From the IMG/VR virus record IMGVR_UViG_3300013947_000021, positions 1-64,000 of that record: a DNA stretch of 64,000 bases. The stretch is one strand, 5' to 3'. The DNA is from a virus. Taxonomy: Duplodnaviria; Caudoviricetes. The notes under the pieces were generated by a model. It was not told where the DNA came from. It saw only the letters and a program-made list of their open reading frames with translations, and ran no database searches. A program made the translations under genes and the position numbers. Below, piece after piece: positions 47,920 through 57,866 of the stretch (the stretch's first letter is position 1; the number at the start of each line of letters is the position of its first letter).

Positions 47920-49440
47920 ATGAAGCCTACTTATAAAACAAGTAAAAAATATAAGTGTCCTTATTGTGATTATCATGATACTAGGACTAATCTTGTAGAT
48001 CATGTAAATAAAGAACATGAAGAATTAATCCCAGAAGGATATACAGCAGCTAGGGCTGTATATGATTTTATAAATGGAAAGAATTATGGAATTTGCATGA
48101 TATGTAAACAGAAAGTTTATACATGGAATGATAAAATAAATCGTTATAATAATCTTTGTGATAATCCTAAATGCAGAGCTGAAGTCAGAAGGATTGCGCT
48201 TGAACGCCATATAAAAGTATATAATAAACCTACTCTTCTTGGTGATGCTGAACAACAGGAAAAGATGCTTGCTAATAGAAAGATATCTGGTACTTATACT
48301 TTTTCTGATGGTGGTAAGATTACTTATACTGGAAAATATGAAAAGAATGCTCTTGAATTTATGGATACAGTTCTGAATATTCCTTCTAAAGATATTCAGG
48401 CCCCTGGTCCTGTTCTTGAATATGAATATAATGGTGAGACTCATAAATGGATAACTGATATTTATTATATTCCTGCTAATCTTCTTATTGAAATAAAAGA
48501 TGGTGGAAATAATCCTAATAAGAGATCTATGCCTGTATATAGAGAGAAGCAGTTAGCAAAAGAAGAGATGATTACTAATCTTGGTACGTTTAATTATATT
48601 AGACTCACCAATAATGATTTCTCTCAGCTTCTTGCTATATTTGCTGAAATGAAAGATGAAGCTTTAACTAATGAAAGTCCTAAGGCTACAATTAGAGTTA
48701 ATGAAGAATTTAATATTGGAGGAGCTATGCCTAGAGCAGATGCAACTGATGTGTGTATAATTCCTTATATGTCAAGTAATACATTTGATATTGGATATGC
48801 ATATTCTGATAGTACAGAACCTGACAAAGTATATATTCCAGAAGAAGATGGAGATAAGATTGTTATTAATCAGTATAATAAAGATGATTTAAATAATAAT
48901 AAGATTACTAAAGTATATAGTAATTTTGTAGAAAGTCTTAATAATAGTATTCCTAAATTATGCAAAACTTTTAATACAATGTATTATTGCGGAATAAATA
49001 CAACAGAAAAGTTTGCAGAAAAAATGAGACTTATATATGAGCAGATAGAAGGAAAGAAACCTGTTGAAAATAAATGGTCTCTTGTTAATACTCTTACTGG
49101 TGCTAATATAAATAATTATAAAGACCTTTTTACTCTTGAATGTTTTAAGTATTATGATAAAGATCGAGAGCAGAAGATTCGTTCTTATATAGAAAATGCG
49201 TATGATTATATTGCTAAGGATGATAATTATATGCAGAATATAATTAAAACTAAAGGCTGTGTAATGATTTGCAGAGCTCTTGATGGATATTATGCTTGTA
49301 CAAATGATAAATTCTATATGGCCACTGAAAAGTTTGATACTCTTGAAGATTTAGAGTCTAGTGGAGCTATAGATATTATGAATGATATCTATAATGCAAA
49401 TTCTAATAAGAAGGAGGAAGAAGAGAATGCCAACGAATGA
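47920..49440 (+). CDS. C2H2 Zn finger plus TnsA/PD-(D/E)XK-like endonuclease domain protein
   Basis: CPYC..HVNKEH, CMIC, CDNPKC; YE..ALEFMD, WITDIY, LIEIKD; late motif 47881-47892. Confidence 0.65.
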   Translation: MKPTYKTSKKYKCPYCDYHDTRTNLVDHVNKEHEELIPEGYTAARAVYDFINGKNYGICMICKQKVYTWNDKINRYNNLCDNPKCRAEVRRIALERHIKVYNKPTLLGDAEQQEKMLANRKISGTYTFSDGGKITYTGKYEKNALEFMDTVLNIPSKDIQAPGPVLEYEYNGETHKWITDIYYIPANLLIEIKDGGNNPNKRSMPVYREKQLAKEEMITNLGTFNYIRLTNNDFSQLLAIFAEMKDEALTNESPKATIRVNEEFNIGGAMPRADATDVCIIPYMSSNTFDIGYAYSDSTEPDKVYIPEEDGDKIVINQYNKDDLNNNKITKVYSNFVESLNNSIPKLCKTFNTMYYCGINTTEKFAEKMRLIYEQIEGKKPVENKWSLVNTLTGANINNYKDLFTLECFKYYDKDREQKIRSYIENAYDYIAKDDNYMQNIIKTKGCVMICRALDGYYACTNDKFYMATEKFDTLEDLESSGAIDIMNDIYNANSNKKEEEENANE

Positions 49441-51589
49441 TATGTTTGATGATGAGTTTAAGATTTCAGATACATTAAAATCTTTAACCATGAAAGGTGA
49501 ATACTTTGATGATCTATATGAAAAAGATCCTAAAGTAGTTGAAGCAAATAACTGGTCTAATTCCTCTGGAATAACTATTATGACTCCAGATATTCTTACT
49601 ATGGAAAATCTTGAGAATAGATGGATTGAATATAATAACAATACTAAATATAATCGTAGACAGTCAGATTGGAAATGCTTAGAATTATTTGGTATTGATA
49701 ATTATGAAATGTATAATTCTCTTAAAGATAAACTTAGTAAAGAGAATACTAATATAACTTCTGCTGTATCTGATTCTATTACAGCAGATTCTGAAACATT
49801 ATCTGCTCCAATGAATGAAGTGAGTGTAGAAGATAATTTTATTAATTCTACAATAGACTGGGATGATGTGGTCCAGACAGCAAAAATGTTTGGTGTTTAT
49901 ATAATGCATCCATATGGTAATCCTGATGAAATATATGAAAAATATAAATCAATGCCCGACTCCGATAAAGTTGTATCAGATGATATAATGAAAGAACTTG
50001 TTGGAAAGACTAATAAAGAATATTATCTTATGCTTAAGAATGATATTATTTCACCTATGATAGGTGATGATTATTCTGATAAGATAATAGAGTATAAAGC
50101 AGTTACTGATACTGTAACTGGTATGAGAAATTATGCTAAATCTTTAGTTGAAAATAGACCTGTATGGGAATCTGCTAAGTATCTTCTTTCTAAAGCTAGA
50201 GAAAAGAAAGTGCTTACAGAAGAAGCTATTACTAATAATATAATTTCAGATGCTATTGGAGATTTTGAAGCATTATCCAATAATAATCCTGAATTTATAT
50301 ATTCTGATTATCCTTATATATCTCCTGAAGATATGATATCTATGGGTGTATATAATGATGATCCTGAGCAGAATTACTATAAGGCTATATCTGATAATAA
50401 ATTAATTTCAGATGATATGACATCTGAAGATTGGTTTGAAGAATATAAGATAGATGATTTAGCATACTCAGAATCTTTTAGAAATAATATTCCTAGTTGG
50501 ATTTCTAAAGTAAGAGAGCTTACATATAGTCTCAAGAAAATGCAGGAATCTGGAAATTATAGCGAAGAACAGATTAATTCTAGAAAGCAGTCTATTCTTG
50601 AGCTTGGCTGGAATCCGGAAATAGAATTCTCTGATAAAGCTAGAAGTATTGCAGTTGAAACTGCAAAGATGAGAAGATCATCTGTGAATATTATAGATCT
50701 TAGAGAGTTTGATGTAAATTATACCACTCCTACTGAAGAAGATCTTAATGATAAAGAACTTTATCCTATCTTTATTGTATTAATTGCAGGAAATGCCTTC
50801 CATTCTAAACTTATTAGAAAATTTACTAGAGATGATTATAGTCATGCTGCATTTAGCCTTGATCCAGAATTAAATGAATGCTTTGGTTTTAAGATACTTG
50901 AAGCTAATGGAACAAAACGAACTGGATATCATAAAGAAGGTATGAAAGATGTCTTTAAACCTAATAATCTTAATATTGGATTATTCTGTTTCTTTGTACC
51001 TAAATATATCTATATAAAGTTTAAAGATATTATTAAACATTTTGATGCAAATATGGAGAAAACCAAGTATAGTTATGCAAGTTTGCTATGTTACTTGCTA
51101 CATATTCCTGTAAATGTAGATTATAAATATTTTTGTTCTCAGTTTGTAGATGTAGTATTTAGAAAGCTTGATATAAATATTACTGGAAAGAAATCATCTA
51201 CATTTGTATCACCTGCTACACTTCATAAGGCAGCTTTAAGAAATGAAAAGATATTCAAGCTTTATGAAGGATCTGCAAATGATTATGATGCTGAAAAGAT
51301 TAAAGCTGTAATAAATACATTAAAGAAAACTGCTAAGCCTCTTAAAGAGTCTGAACAGATGTATATTAAGAATCAAGATATGTATATTAATTATCTTATA
51401 GAGAATTGTAATAAACTTGATACCGTATTAAGTCTTAAAGAATATTCTTCTATAGTAACCGATCCTACTATGAATAATATAATTAATAAAATGCTGTTTG
51501 AACCTCTTGATATATATAGCGAAACCGAAATGCAAAATGGCATAGATATAGATTCTCTTATAAAGAAATATATAAAACCTTTATGCTAA
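49427..51589 (+). CDS. Large protein with permuted NlpC/P60 (YiiX-like) papain-fold domain
   Basis: SKLIRKFTRDDYSHAAFS...KYSY...YFCSQFV (His before Cys). Confidence 0.7.
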   Translation: MPTNDMFDDEFKISDTLKSLTMKGEYFDDLYEKDPKVVEANNWSNSSGITIMTPDILTMENLENRWIEYNNNTKYNRRQSDWKCLELFGIDNYEMYNSLKDKLSKENTNITSAVSDSITADSETLSAPMNEVSVEDNFINSTIDWDDVVQTAKMFGVYIMHPYGNPDEIYEKYKSMPDSDKVVSDDIMKELVGKTNKEYYLMLKNDIISPMIGDDYSDKIIEYKAVTDTVTGMRNYAKSLVENRPVWESAKYLLSKAREKKVLTEEAITNNIISDAIGDFEALSNNNPEFIYSDYPYISPEDMISMGVYNDDPEQNYYKAISDNKLISDDMTSEDWFEEYKIDDLAYSESFRNNIPSWISKVRELTYSLKKMQESGNYSEEQINSRKQSILELGWNPEIEFSDKARSIAVETAKMRRSSVNIIDLREFDVNYTTPTEEDLNDKELYPIFIVLIAGNAFHSKLIRKFTRDDYSHAAFSLDPELNECFGFKILEANGTKRTGYHKEGMKDVFKPNNLNIGLFCFFVPKYIYIKFKDIIKHFDANMEKTKYSYASLLCYLLHIPVNVDYKYFCSQFVDVVFRKLDINITGKKSSTFVSPATLHKAALRNEKIFKLYEGSANDYDAEKIKAVINTLKKTAKPLKESEQMYIKNQDMYINYLIENCNKLDTVLSLKEYSSIVTDPTMNNIINKMLFEPLDIYSETEMQNGIDIDSLIKKYIKPLC

Positions 51590-51691
51590 AATAATTATGA
51601 GAGTGGATTATATGTCCACTCTCATATTTTTTATTTACTTAATATAACGAAAACAAATAATTAAGTTAATTTTACATATATGGAGGATAAA

Positions 51692-52405
51692 ATGGAAACT
51701 ATAAATGCCAATACTTGTGCTAAGAGCATTCTTATGCAGCCTGGAGATGGAATGCTTACTGGAGAAGAAATTTTAAGACAGGTAAAAGAAAATAATATAA
51801 TAATTGATCCTTTTGATGAATCCCTTATTAATCCTAATAGCTATAACTTAAGAATTTCTAATAAGCTTAAAGTTTATAGCCATGGACTTGATAAAGCAGA
51901 TATTGATGATGCTGTTTTAAAAGGTGATGATCATAGATTCTTTAATAATAATCATATTATAGATGAATATGGATATAGCTTTCATGTCAAATCCATTATT
52001 CCTACAAAAGCAAAGCCTATAGATATGCATTCTGATAATGAATATTATGAGTATACTATTCCAGAAGATGGAATGGTTTTGTATCCCAATATTCTTTATA
52101 TAGGAAGTACTATAGAAAGATGTGCTACAGATAACTTTATTCCTATGATTAATGGTAGATCTTCTGGCGGTCGTCTTGGCCTTTCAATTCATATCTGTGC
52201 AGGATTTGGAGATATTGGATTTGATGGTACTTGGACTCTTGAGATTACTGTAGTTGAACCTTTGAAGATTTATCCTGGAGAAGAAATAGCTCAGGTTTGC
52301 TATTTTACTCCTGCTGGAGCTGCTTCAAAACTATATAGAGGCAGATATTATAAACAAGAAGAACCTACTGTAAGTAGATTTTTCCGAGGAAAAATAAATT
52401 ATTAA
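51692..52405 (+). CDS. dcd: dCTP deaminase
   Basis: INPNSYNL, GRSSGGRLG, AGFGDIGFDGTWTLEI, YRGRY. Confidence 0.92.
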   Translation: METINANTCAKSILMQPGDGMLTGEEILRQVKENNIIIDPFDESLINPNSYNLRISNKLKVYSHGLDKADIDDAVLKGDDHRFFNNNHIIDEYGYSFHVKSIIPTKAKPIDMHSDNEYYEYTIPEDGMVLYPNILYIGSTIERCATDNFIPMINGRSSGGRLGLSIHICAGFGDIGFDGTWTLEITVVEPLKIYPGEEIAQVCYFTPAGAASKLYRGRYYKQEEPTVSRFFRGKINY

Positions 52406-52423
52406 AGGAGAAATATTTGGACA

Positions 52424-53299
52424 ATGGAAACTCAGAAAATTTACACAGGAAGCAAGTTTTTTAAGTACAATGATAATGAAGAGGCAGACATACTCAGAGT
52501 TATCAAAGAAGATGAAGCAGCTAATATAATTTACTGCAAAGACAGAGAAGGACATAAATATAAGATTTCTAGATCTGATCTTTTAGATAATTATACTATG
52601 CTTAAACCTGATGGCGTTCTCAATATTTCTATTGTAGAACTTGAAGATTCTTCTGATGTAATAGTAGCTCTTGCTAATATTAAGAAACCAGAAGATGGTC
52701 CTTTTGCAATATGCAGACAATCTATATATGACTTCTATACTAATGATAGAACTCCTGAAAGTGATTATCAACTTTATCTTGGAGTATCTACTAATAAGTA
52801 TACTTGTCCTGCAAATATAGATTTTAAGTGTTTAACAGCCTGTAATTCTATTAAAGATACAAGATTTGTCAATGTATATCTTGATGATACATTAGATAAT
52901 ATTCTTGATATTATTAGAACCAAGAGATATGATACTATTCTTAGGCAAGTTCATATGACTATGGATAAGATATTTACCAATAAAGCAGTATTCGGTTGCA
53001 ATGATACATTAAAGGATCTTCTTGTAGATAATAATTTTATGTATGATTTTCGTTCATGCTTTGATATATTTGAATTCGATTCTCCAATTGGAGATAGAGA
53101 TTGTTTGGATGCAATCAATCTTGATAAATTGGAGCAAGATTATCATGTCAAAAATGTAATGAAAACATATGTACTACCTTATACTAGAGAAGTAGATCTT
53201 TCTAAAGTAGTAAAGAAATATTTCTTAGCAGCCTCTAAGGCAGAAGACTATAAACCTATTTATATCGTAGCATACGATACTATAGATGAATTGAAATGA
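52424..53299 (+). CDS. Hypothetical protein
   Basis: 291 aa; AGGAG RBS. Confidence 0.8.
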   Translation: METQKIYTGSKFFKYNDNEEADILRVIKEDEAANIIYCKDREGHKYKISRSDLLDNYTMLKPDGVLNISIVELEDSSDVIVALANIKKPEDGPFAICRQSIYDFYTNDRTPESDYQLYLGVSTNKYTCPANIDFKCLTACNSIKDTRFVNVYLDDTLDNILDIIRTKRYDTILRQVHMTMDKIFTNKAVFGCNDTLKDLLVDNNFMYDFRSCFDIFEFDSPIGDRDCLDAINLDKLEQDYHVKNVMKTYVLPYTREVDLSKVVKKYFLAASKAEDYKPIYIVAYDTIDELK

Positions 53300-53412
53300 A
53301 TGAATAAAAAATATATTAATCACATAATATATATATGAGATTAGGATATGATTTTATACATATCATAACCTCATAATAAATTTATTATATAATAATTTAA
53401 AGGAGTTTTACC

Positions 53413-54168
53413 ATGGAAAACAACACCACTACAAGAGAAAAGTTCGCAATTAAGAGCAAGATTCAGGAGTTCCCGACCAATATGGGATCGTGGATTACAA
53501 CCTCGATCAATCTTTGTGAAGTAATCAATGCGTATTTTGGAGGTATATTTAAAGAATTTTATGCTTCCAAAATATACATCAATGATGGGCATGATGTAAG
53601 CCCGGCCACTAGGCGTATTCCGAATGGGGCACTCTACATCGATCTGTTCTTCTCTATGAAGAATAATATCGGAAATGGTATTACAAATGCCATTAAGCTT
53701 GTAGATGATAATTCTGATAATGGAAAGATTAATCAGAATGATCTTACTGCAATGTATCTTAATACGGTGAGAAGATACAATCAGACATCTGTATATGAAC
53801 TCACCGATGAGCTTAAGGACATCCTCGCTCCGTTTACCTTTGAGTATATCGATGAGAATACTAAAGTAAACTGGAATGAGCATAAGTCCGAAGAGCTTAG
53901 TTCGTTTGACAATTTCAATAATAAGGCAGAGTATATCTGCCGTATTAGTGGTCTTGATCTTGTCAAGATCATCGCTGCAATTTATGGCACAGGCTCGAAT
54001 GGTGTACGTTATGATTATAACGTTACTGTTCAGAATGTCATTCCGAGTAGAGCTGGTGAATATATTCTTAATGTATCCCAGCTCAACATGGCAACCGTTA
54101 GAGAGCTTCAGAGTGCTCTTGGCTGCTGGAACAATAATGGCTGTAATTACAATGTCTATCGTGGTTAA
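53413..54168 (+). CDS. Hypothetical early protein, higher-GC codon usage
   Basis: 251 aa; AGGAG RBS; early motif 53324-53337; terminator ~54180-54203. Confidence 0.8.
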   Translation: MENNTTTREKFAIKSKIQEFPTNMGSWITTSINLCEVINAYFGGIFKEFYASKIYINDGHDVSPATRRIPNGALYIDLFFSMKNNIGNGITNAIKLVDDNSDNGKINQNDLTAMYLNTVRRYNQTSVYELTDELKDILAPFTFEYIDENTKVNWNEHKSEELSSFDNFNNKAEYICRISGLDLVKIIAAIYGTGSNGVRYDYNVTVQNVIPSRAGEYILNVSQLNMATVRELQSALGCWNNNGCNYNVYRG

Positions 54169-54246
54169 TAGCCATAATGAAAGAGGTGAGCAATCACCTC
54201 TTTCTTTTTTATTCAATCTTAATAATTATTAAGGAGGATTAATAAA

Positions 54247-54663
54247 ATGAAGGATAATAAAGAAAAAGAATTTAATCTTGAAATAGATGATTCTATTAAT
54301 GAGATTATAGATGAAGCTCCTGGAAGTAATAGCTTTATAGCATTACGTAAACTTAGATGGAGTGAGAATGGAAAGTTCAAGCTTGATATAAGAAAATGGT
54401 TTACAAATTCTGAGGGAGAAGAGATAGCTGGTAAGGGAGTATCATTTATGACAGATGATGGACCTGCTAATCTTATTGAAGCTCTTCTTAAGAATGGATA
54501 CGGGGATACTAGAAAGACTTTAAATGGTATCAAAGATAGAGAAGATTTTGCAGTACGAGTAAAAGAAGTACTGCAGGAAAAGAATATAAATTTAAATGAT
54601 GTAGAAATTCCTACTATAGATTCTATAGAGGAATCTTATTATGATCCGAGGAGTATATTATGA
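54247..54663 (+). CDS. PC4/YdbC-like ssDNA-binding protein
   Basis: ALRKLRWSENGKFKLDIRKW...GKGVSF. Confidence 0.7.
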   Translation: MKDNKEKEFNLEIDDSINEIIDEAPGSNSFIALRKLRWSENGKFKLDIRKWFTNSEGEEIAGKGVSFMTDDGPANLIEALLKNGYGDTRKTLNGIKDREDFAVRVKEVLQEKNINLNDVEIPTIDSIEESYYDPRSIL

Positions 54664-55796
54664 GTTATACTGGGATACCAGAGAGAGTAAATGCTGTTGA
54701 TATTTTATATGGAGAATATATAAAATATGATCGTCTTTATGAAATGACGATGCATGCATTTTGCGGAAATGACAAAATAGATAGGACAGATATCTATGTA
54801 GATCTTTATTCTATCTTAAGAAAATTATATCATTTTGGTGATAGACTTGAAATAGATGATAGCTGCGGTATAGCATCATCTATTATTAATCTTGCTATAC
54901 ATCTTAGAGGTTTCTTCAATAAGATGGGAATATATTCAAGGATATTTTTAGTATATGGAGGAGCAAGAGATCCTCATATATTAAGAGATATGCCTAATTA
55001 TAATGCAGCTCATATTTTACAGGAGGATACCAATAGTCTTCTTACTAGTAGAATTATGGATGCATTGCAGATATGCCAGATATATACTCCATACTTACCT
55101 GATATATTTACATTAGTAGATAGAGAATCTGAATTTTCTTCTATGATTGTAAATAGAATTAATACAGATTTTGCAGCTAATAGAGAAGGCAAAGGATATA
55201 TAATCTATAGTAAAGAACTTCTAGCATATCAACTTGTAGCTATTTGTCCAAGAACTTTCTTATATAGACCTAAAAAGAATTATATAAATGATAGATCTTG
55301 GGTGGTTACAAAAACTTCATTATATAAAGCATATGGAGTTGGAGAGCTTGGATTAAAGCCTTTGGAAGATGAATCACTATACAATTTACCAGCCAAACTA
55401 TTTCCAATGATTCAGACATTGTCCGGGGTTAAGTCTAGATATAAAATAAGAGTAAACAATTTCAATATTATTTTAAAAATCTTTAATAAAGCTTTTAATA
55501 ATCATGAATTTGACAATGGTTATTCTTATCTTAATCTATGCACATTACCTTTACAATGTAATGGTATTTATGCAGTATTAGCAAAACCTGAGTATAAAAT
55601 AAATAAGCCAGAAACTGTAGAAAATTTCTTTAAGTTATTTTCTATAGTAGATCAGCTTAATAGAGGCTCGATATACCCGCCATATAAAACATTAGATTTA
55701 GATAATAATATAATAAATCTTTCTGATGATAATGCAGTTAAAGAAATTAATGAGAAGTATTTTTATAAATATCCTATCGATCTTATGAAGCTTTAA
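54660..55796 (+). CDS. Hypothetical protein, possibly diverged PIN/5'-nuclease fold
   Basis: IYVDLYSIL, IFLVY; weak similarity only. Confidence 0.45.
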   Translation: MSYTGIPERVNAVDILYGEYIKYDRLYEMTMHAFCGNDKIDRTDIYVDLYSILRKLYHFGDRLEIDDSCGIASSIINLAIHLRGFFNKMGIYSRIFLVYGGARDPHILRDMPNYNAAHILQEDTNSLLTSRIMDALQICQIYTPYLPDIFTLVDRESEFSSMIVNRINTDFAANREGKGYIIYSKELLAYQLVAICPRTFLYRPKKNYINDRSWVVTKTSLYKAYGVGELGLKPLEDESLYNLPAKLFPMIQTLSGVKSRYKIRVNNFNIILKIFNKAFNNHEFDNGYSYLNLCTLPLQCNGIYAVLAKPEYKINKPETVENFFKLFSIVDQLNRGSIYPPYKTLDLDNNIINLSDDNAVKEINEKYFYKYPIDLMKL

Positions 55797-55865
55797 TCAA
55801 GGGAAAACATAAAGGTAATGCTTAAATGCATTACCTTTATTTTTTTTTATAAGGAGATTGAAATT

Positions 55866-57134
55866 ATGAGTAATGAAAACTCCGTATATAAGCCTGATGG
55901 TGATTTATATAAATATACAGCAGAAATGAAATTTGTTGTTGATAGTGATGATATTACTGATATAGATAGTATTAATATAAAATATATTATGGCAGATTAT
56001 AATTATAAAGAAAATAATATGCCAATGTTTTTTGTTACTGCTTCTCTTGATAAGAAGCTTGTTGATAAAATAGTCAAGAATCAGAATTCTGCATATTTTA
56101 TTCTTAATATAAAGAGATGTATTAGTAATTCTGATATGCCAGATTTTTATGTAGATTATATTAATGCACAGTTTATTTATTTTATTACTGACGATATAAA
56201 TAAAACTGAAGATGCTGATTATGAAGGAAATAATTCTGATAGAGAAGATATATATAAGCTGGTTAATATTGGTTTAATGTGTCTTGATCATATTAATAAA
56301 AATAAATGTGCTACTGTAAATGGTATATTTAATAAATGTAATTTAAGCAGTCTTATGTATATGGCTACTAAGCATCTTCCTATTCTTATAGAAAAGCCTG
56401 ATGATAATATTACATTTGACTCTATATTTATACCTCCAATTAATAGTACTTCTAAGCTTATTAAATATATAAATTCTATTCATGTTTTATATAAAACTCA
56501 GTATAGATTCTTTATAGATTTTGATTGTTCTTATTTAATATCTTCTACTGGAAAATTTATTAAGCGAAAAGGAGAAGATATAGGAACTATATTGATTACT
56601 TTAAAGAAAGATTATACTGAGGAATCTAAACTTCAAGGTATGACTACAGATGAATCACAATCGATGTATAATATAGTTTGTGATGGGTTAGACTGCGAAC
56701 TCGCAGATAATCGATATTTGGAAAAGAGCTATTCTAAAGTATCCCTAATAGATGCATCTGGGAACAAGATTGATAAAAGTATTAATAAAACTGAAGATTC
56801 ATTGATAGAAGATAAGAATAAATCAATGCGAATTAAGAATGATAATACTGGCGTAATAGATAATATTATTAATTCTGCTAATACTTCCGCAGTGCAAATT
56901 CTTATACAGAAAACTGATGTAGATTCTTCAGTTCTTACAATGAATAAAGAATATATTATTCATGCAGATGAGGTATATGGTAATACATATAATGGAAAGT
57001 ATATTCTCATTAGAAAAAGAGAAATGTATGTAAGAGAAAACAATAATTTTACTATGAATACTATGCTTTTATTCGAGAAACTTCCTGATAATCTTATCGA
57101 TCAAAATCAGATAGAAGCAAAGAAAATACATTAA
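55866..57134 (+). CDS. Probable virion (tail/baseplate hub-like) protein
   Basis: ~422 aa; late motif 55806-55817; AGGAG RBS. Confidence 0.55.
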   Translation: MSNENSVYKPDGDLYKYTAEMKFVVDSDDITDIDSINIKYIMADYNYKENNMPMFFVTASLDKKLVDKIVKNQNSAYFILNIKRCISNSDMPDFYVDYINAQFIYFITDDINKTEDADYEGNNSDREDIYKLVNIGLMCLDHINKNKCATVNGIFNKCNLSSLMYMATKHLPILIEKPDDNITFDSIFIPPINSTSKLIKYINSIHVLYKTQYRFFIDFDCSYLISSTGKFIKRKGEDIGTILITLKKDYTEESKLQGMTTDESQSMYNIVCDGLDCELADNRYLEKSYSKVSLIDASGNKIDKSINKTEDSLIEDKNKSMRIKNDNTGVIDNIINSANTSAVQILIQKTDVDSSVLTMNKEYIIHADEVYGNTYNGKYILIRKREMYVRENNNFTMNTMLLFEKLPDNLIDQNQIEAKKIH

Positions 57135-57220
57135 GGGCTAGCAATCCTTAATGTATTATTTTAAATATTTAGATATTATAATTTTGAATAAATATAATAT
57201 TCTAAAGGAGGATAATAAAA

Positions 57221-57583
57221 ATGAAAGCACGAATACCATTTAAAACTTCAAATCCATCTGGTCATAAAGCTATGATGGAAGAAATTCGACGGCAATGTGT
57301 AGAAATGAATAAAGACTACGAGTTTGAATTAGATTCATTATTCTTACTTTCTTTAGCAGAAAAACGTGGATATAGAAAGAAACGTCTTTATGATTCTTAT
57401 AAAGACGTATTAAGAAAACGAAGAGAGCTACATAAATATTATGCTTGTTCAGAAGATAAGGATGTAGGTATCGAATATATTGCAGCTAAGTATAAGCTGG
57501 AACATTATTATGGATATAATATAGAGGAAATTTATAATCGAATAGAAGAAGAATTAGATAAAGAGGAATCTAATAATGAATAA
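57221..57583 (+). CDS. Hypothetical early protein
   Basis: 120 aa; AGGAGG RBS; early motif 57173-57186. Confidence 0.75.
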   Translation: MKARIPFKTSNPSGHKAMMEEIRRQCVEMNKDYEFELDSLFLLSLAEKRGYRKKRLYDSYKDVLRKRRELHKYYACSEDKDVGIEYIAAKYKLEHYYGYNIEEIYNRIEEELDKEESNNE

Positions 57584-57824
57584 TAATGCAGCTACCCTTA
57601 AAATAAATTCTGAAATAAATGATTTAAAAGCACTATTAAGTACTATAGTGGAAAATGGGATTTCAGTACCTCTTATAAATGCTTATTCTATTTTATTATC
57701 TAATCTTAAGCAAGATCTTAATGCATTAGATATTTATACAATAGGGTATAAAGAAAACTTAAAAAAGATGTTATACTTAGATAGGCAATTAGGATGTATG
57801 CAAAGAATGCTACTAATGAAATAA
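57576..57824 (+). CDS. Hypothetical protein
   Basis: 82 aa, coupled to upstream gene. Confidence 0.65.
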   Translation: MNNNAATLKINSEINDLKALLSTIVENGISVPLINAYSILLSNLKQDLNALDIYTIGYKENLKKMLYLDRQLGCMQRMLLMK

Positions 57825-57866
57825 AGAATACCACTAGGAGATTATTCTCCTAGTGGTTTATTTTTT

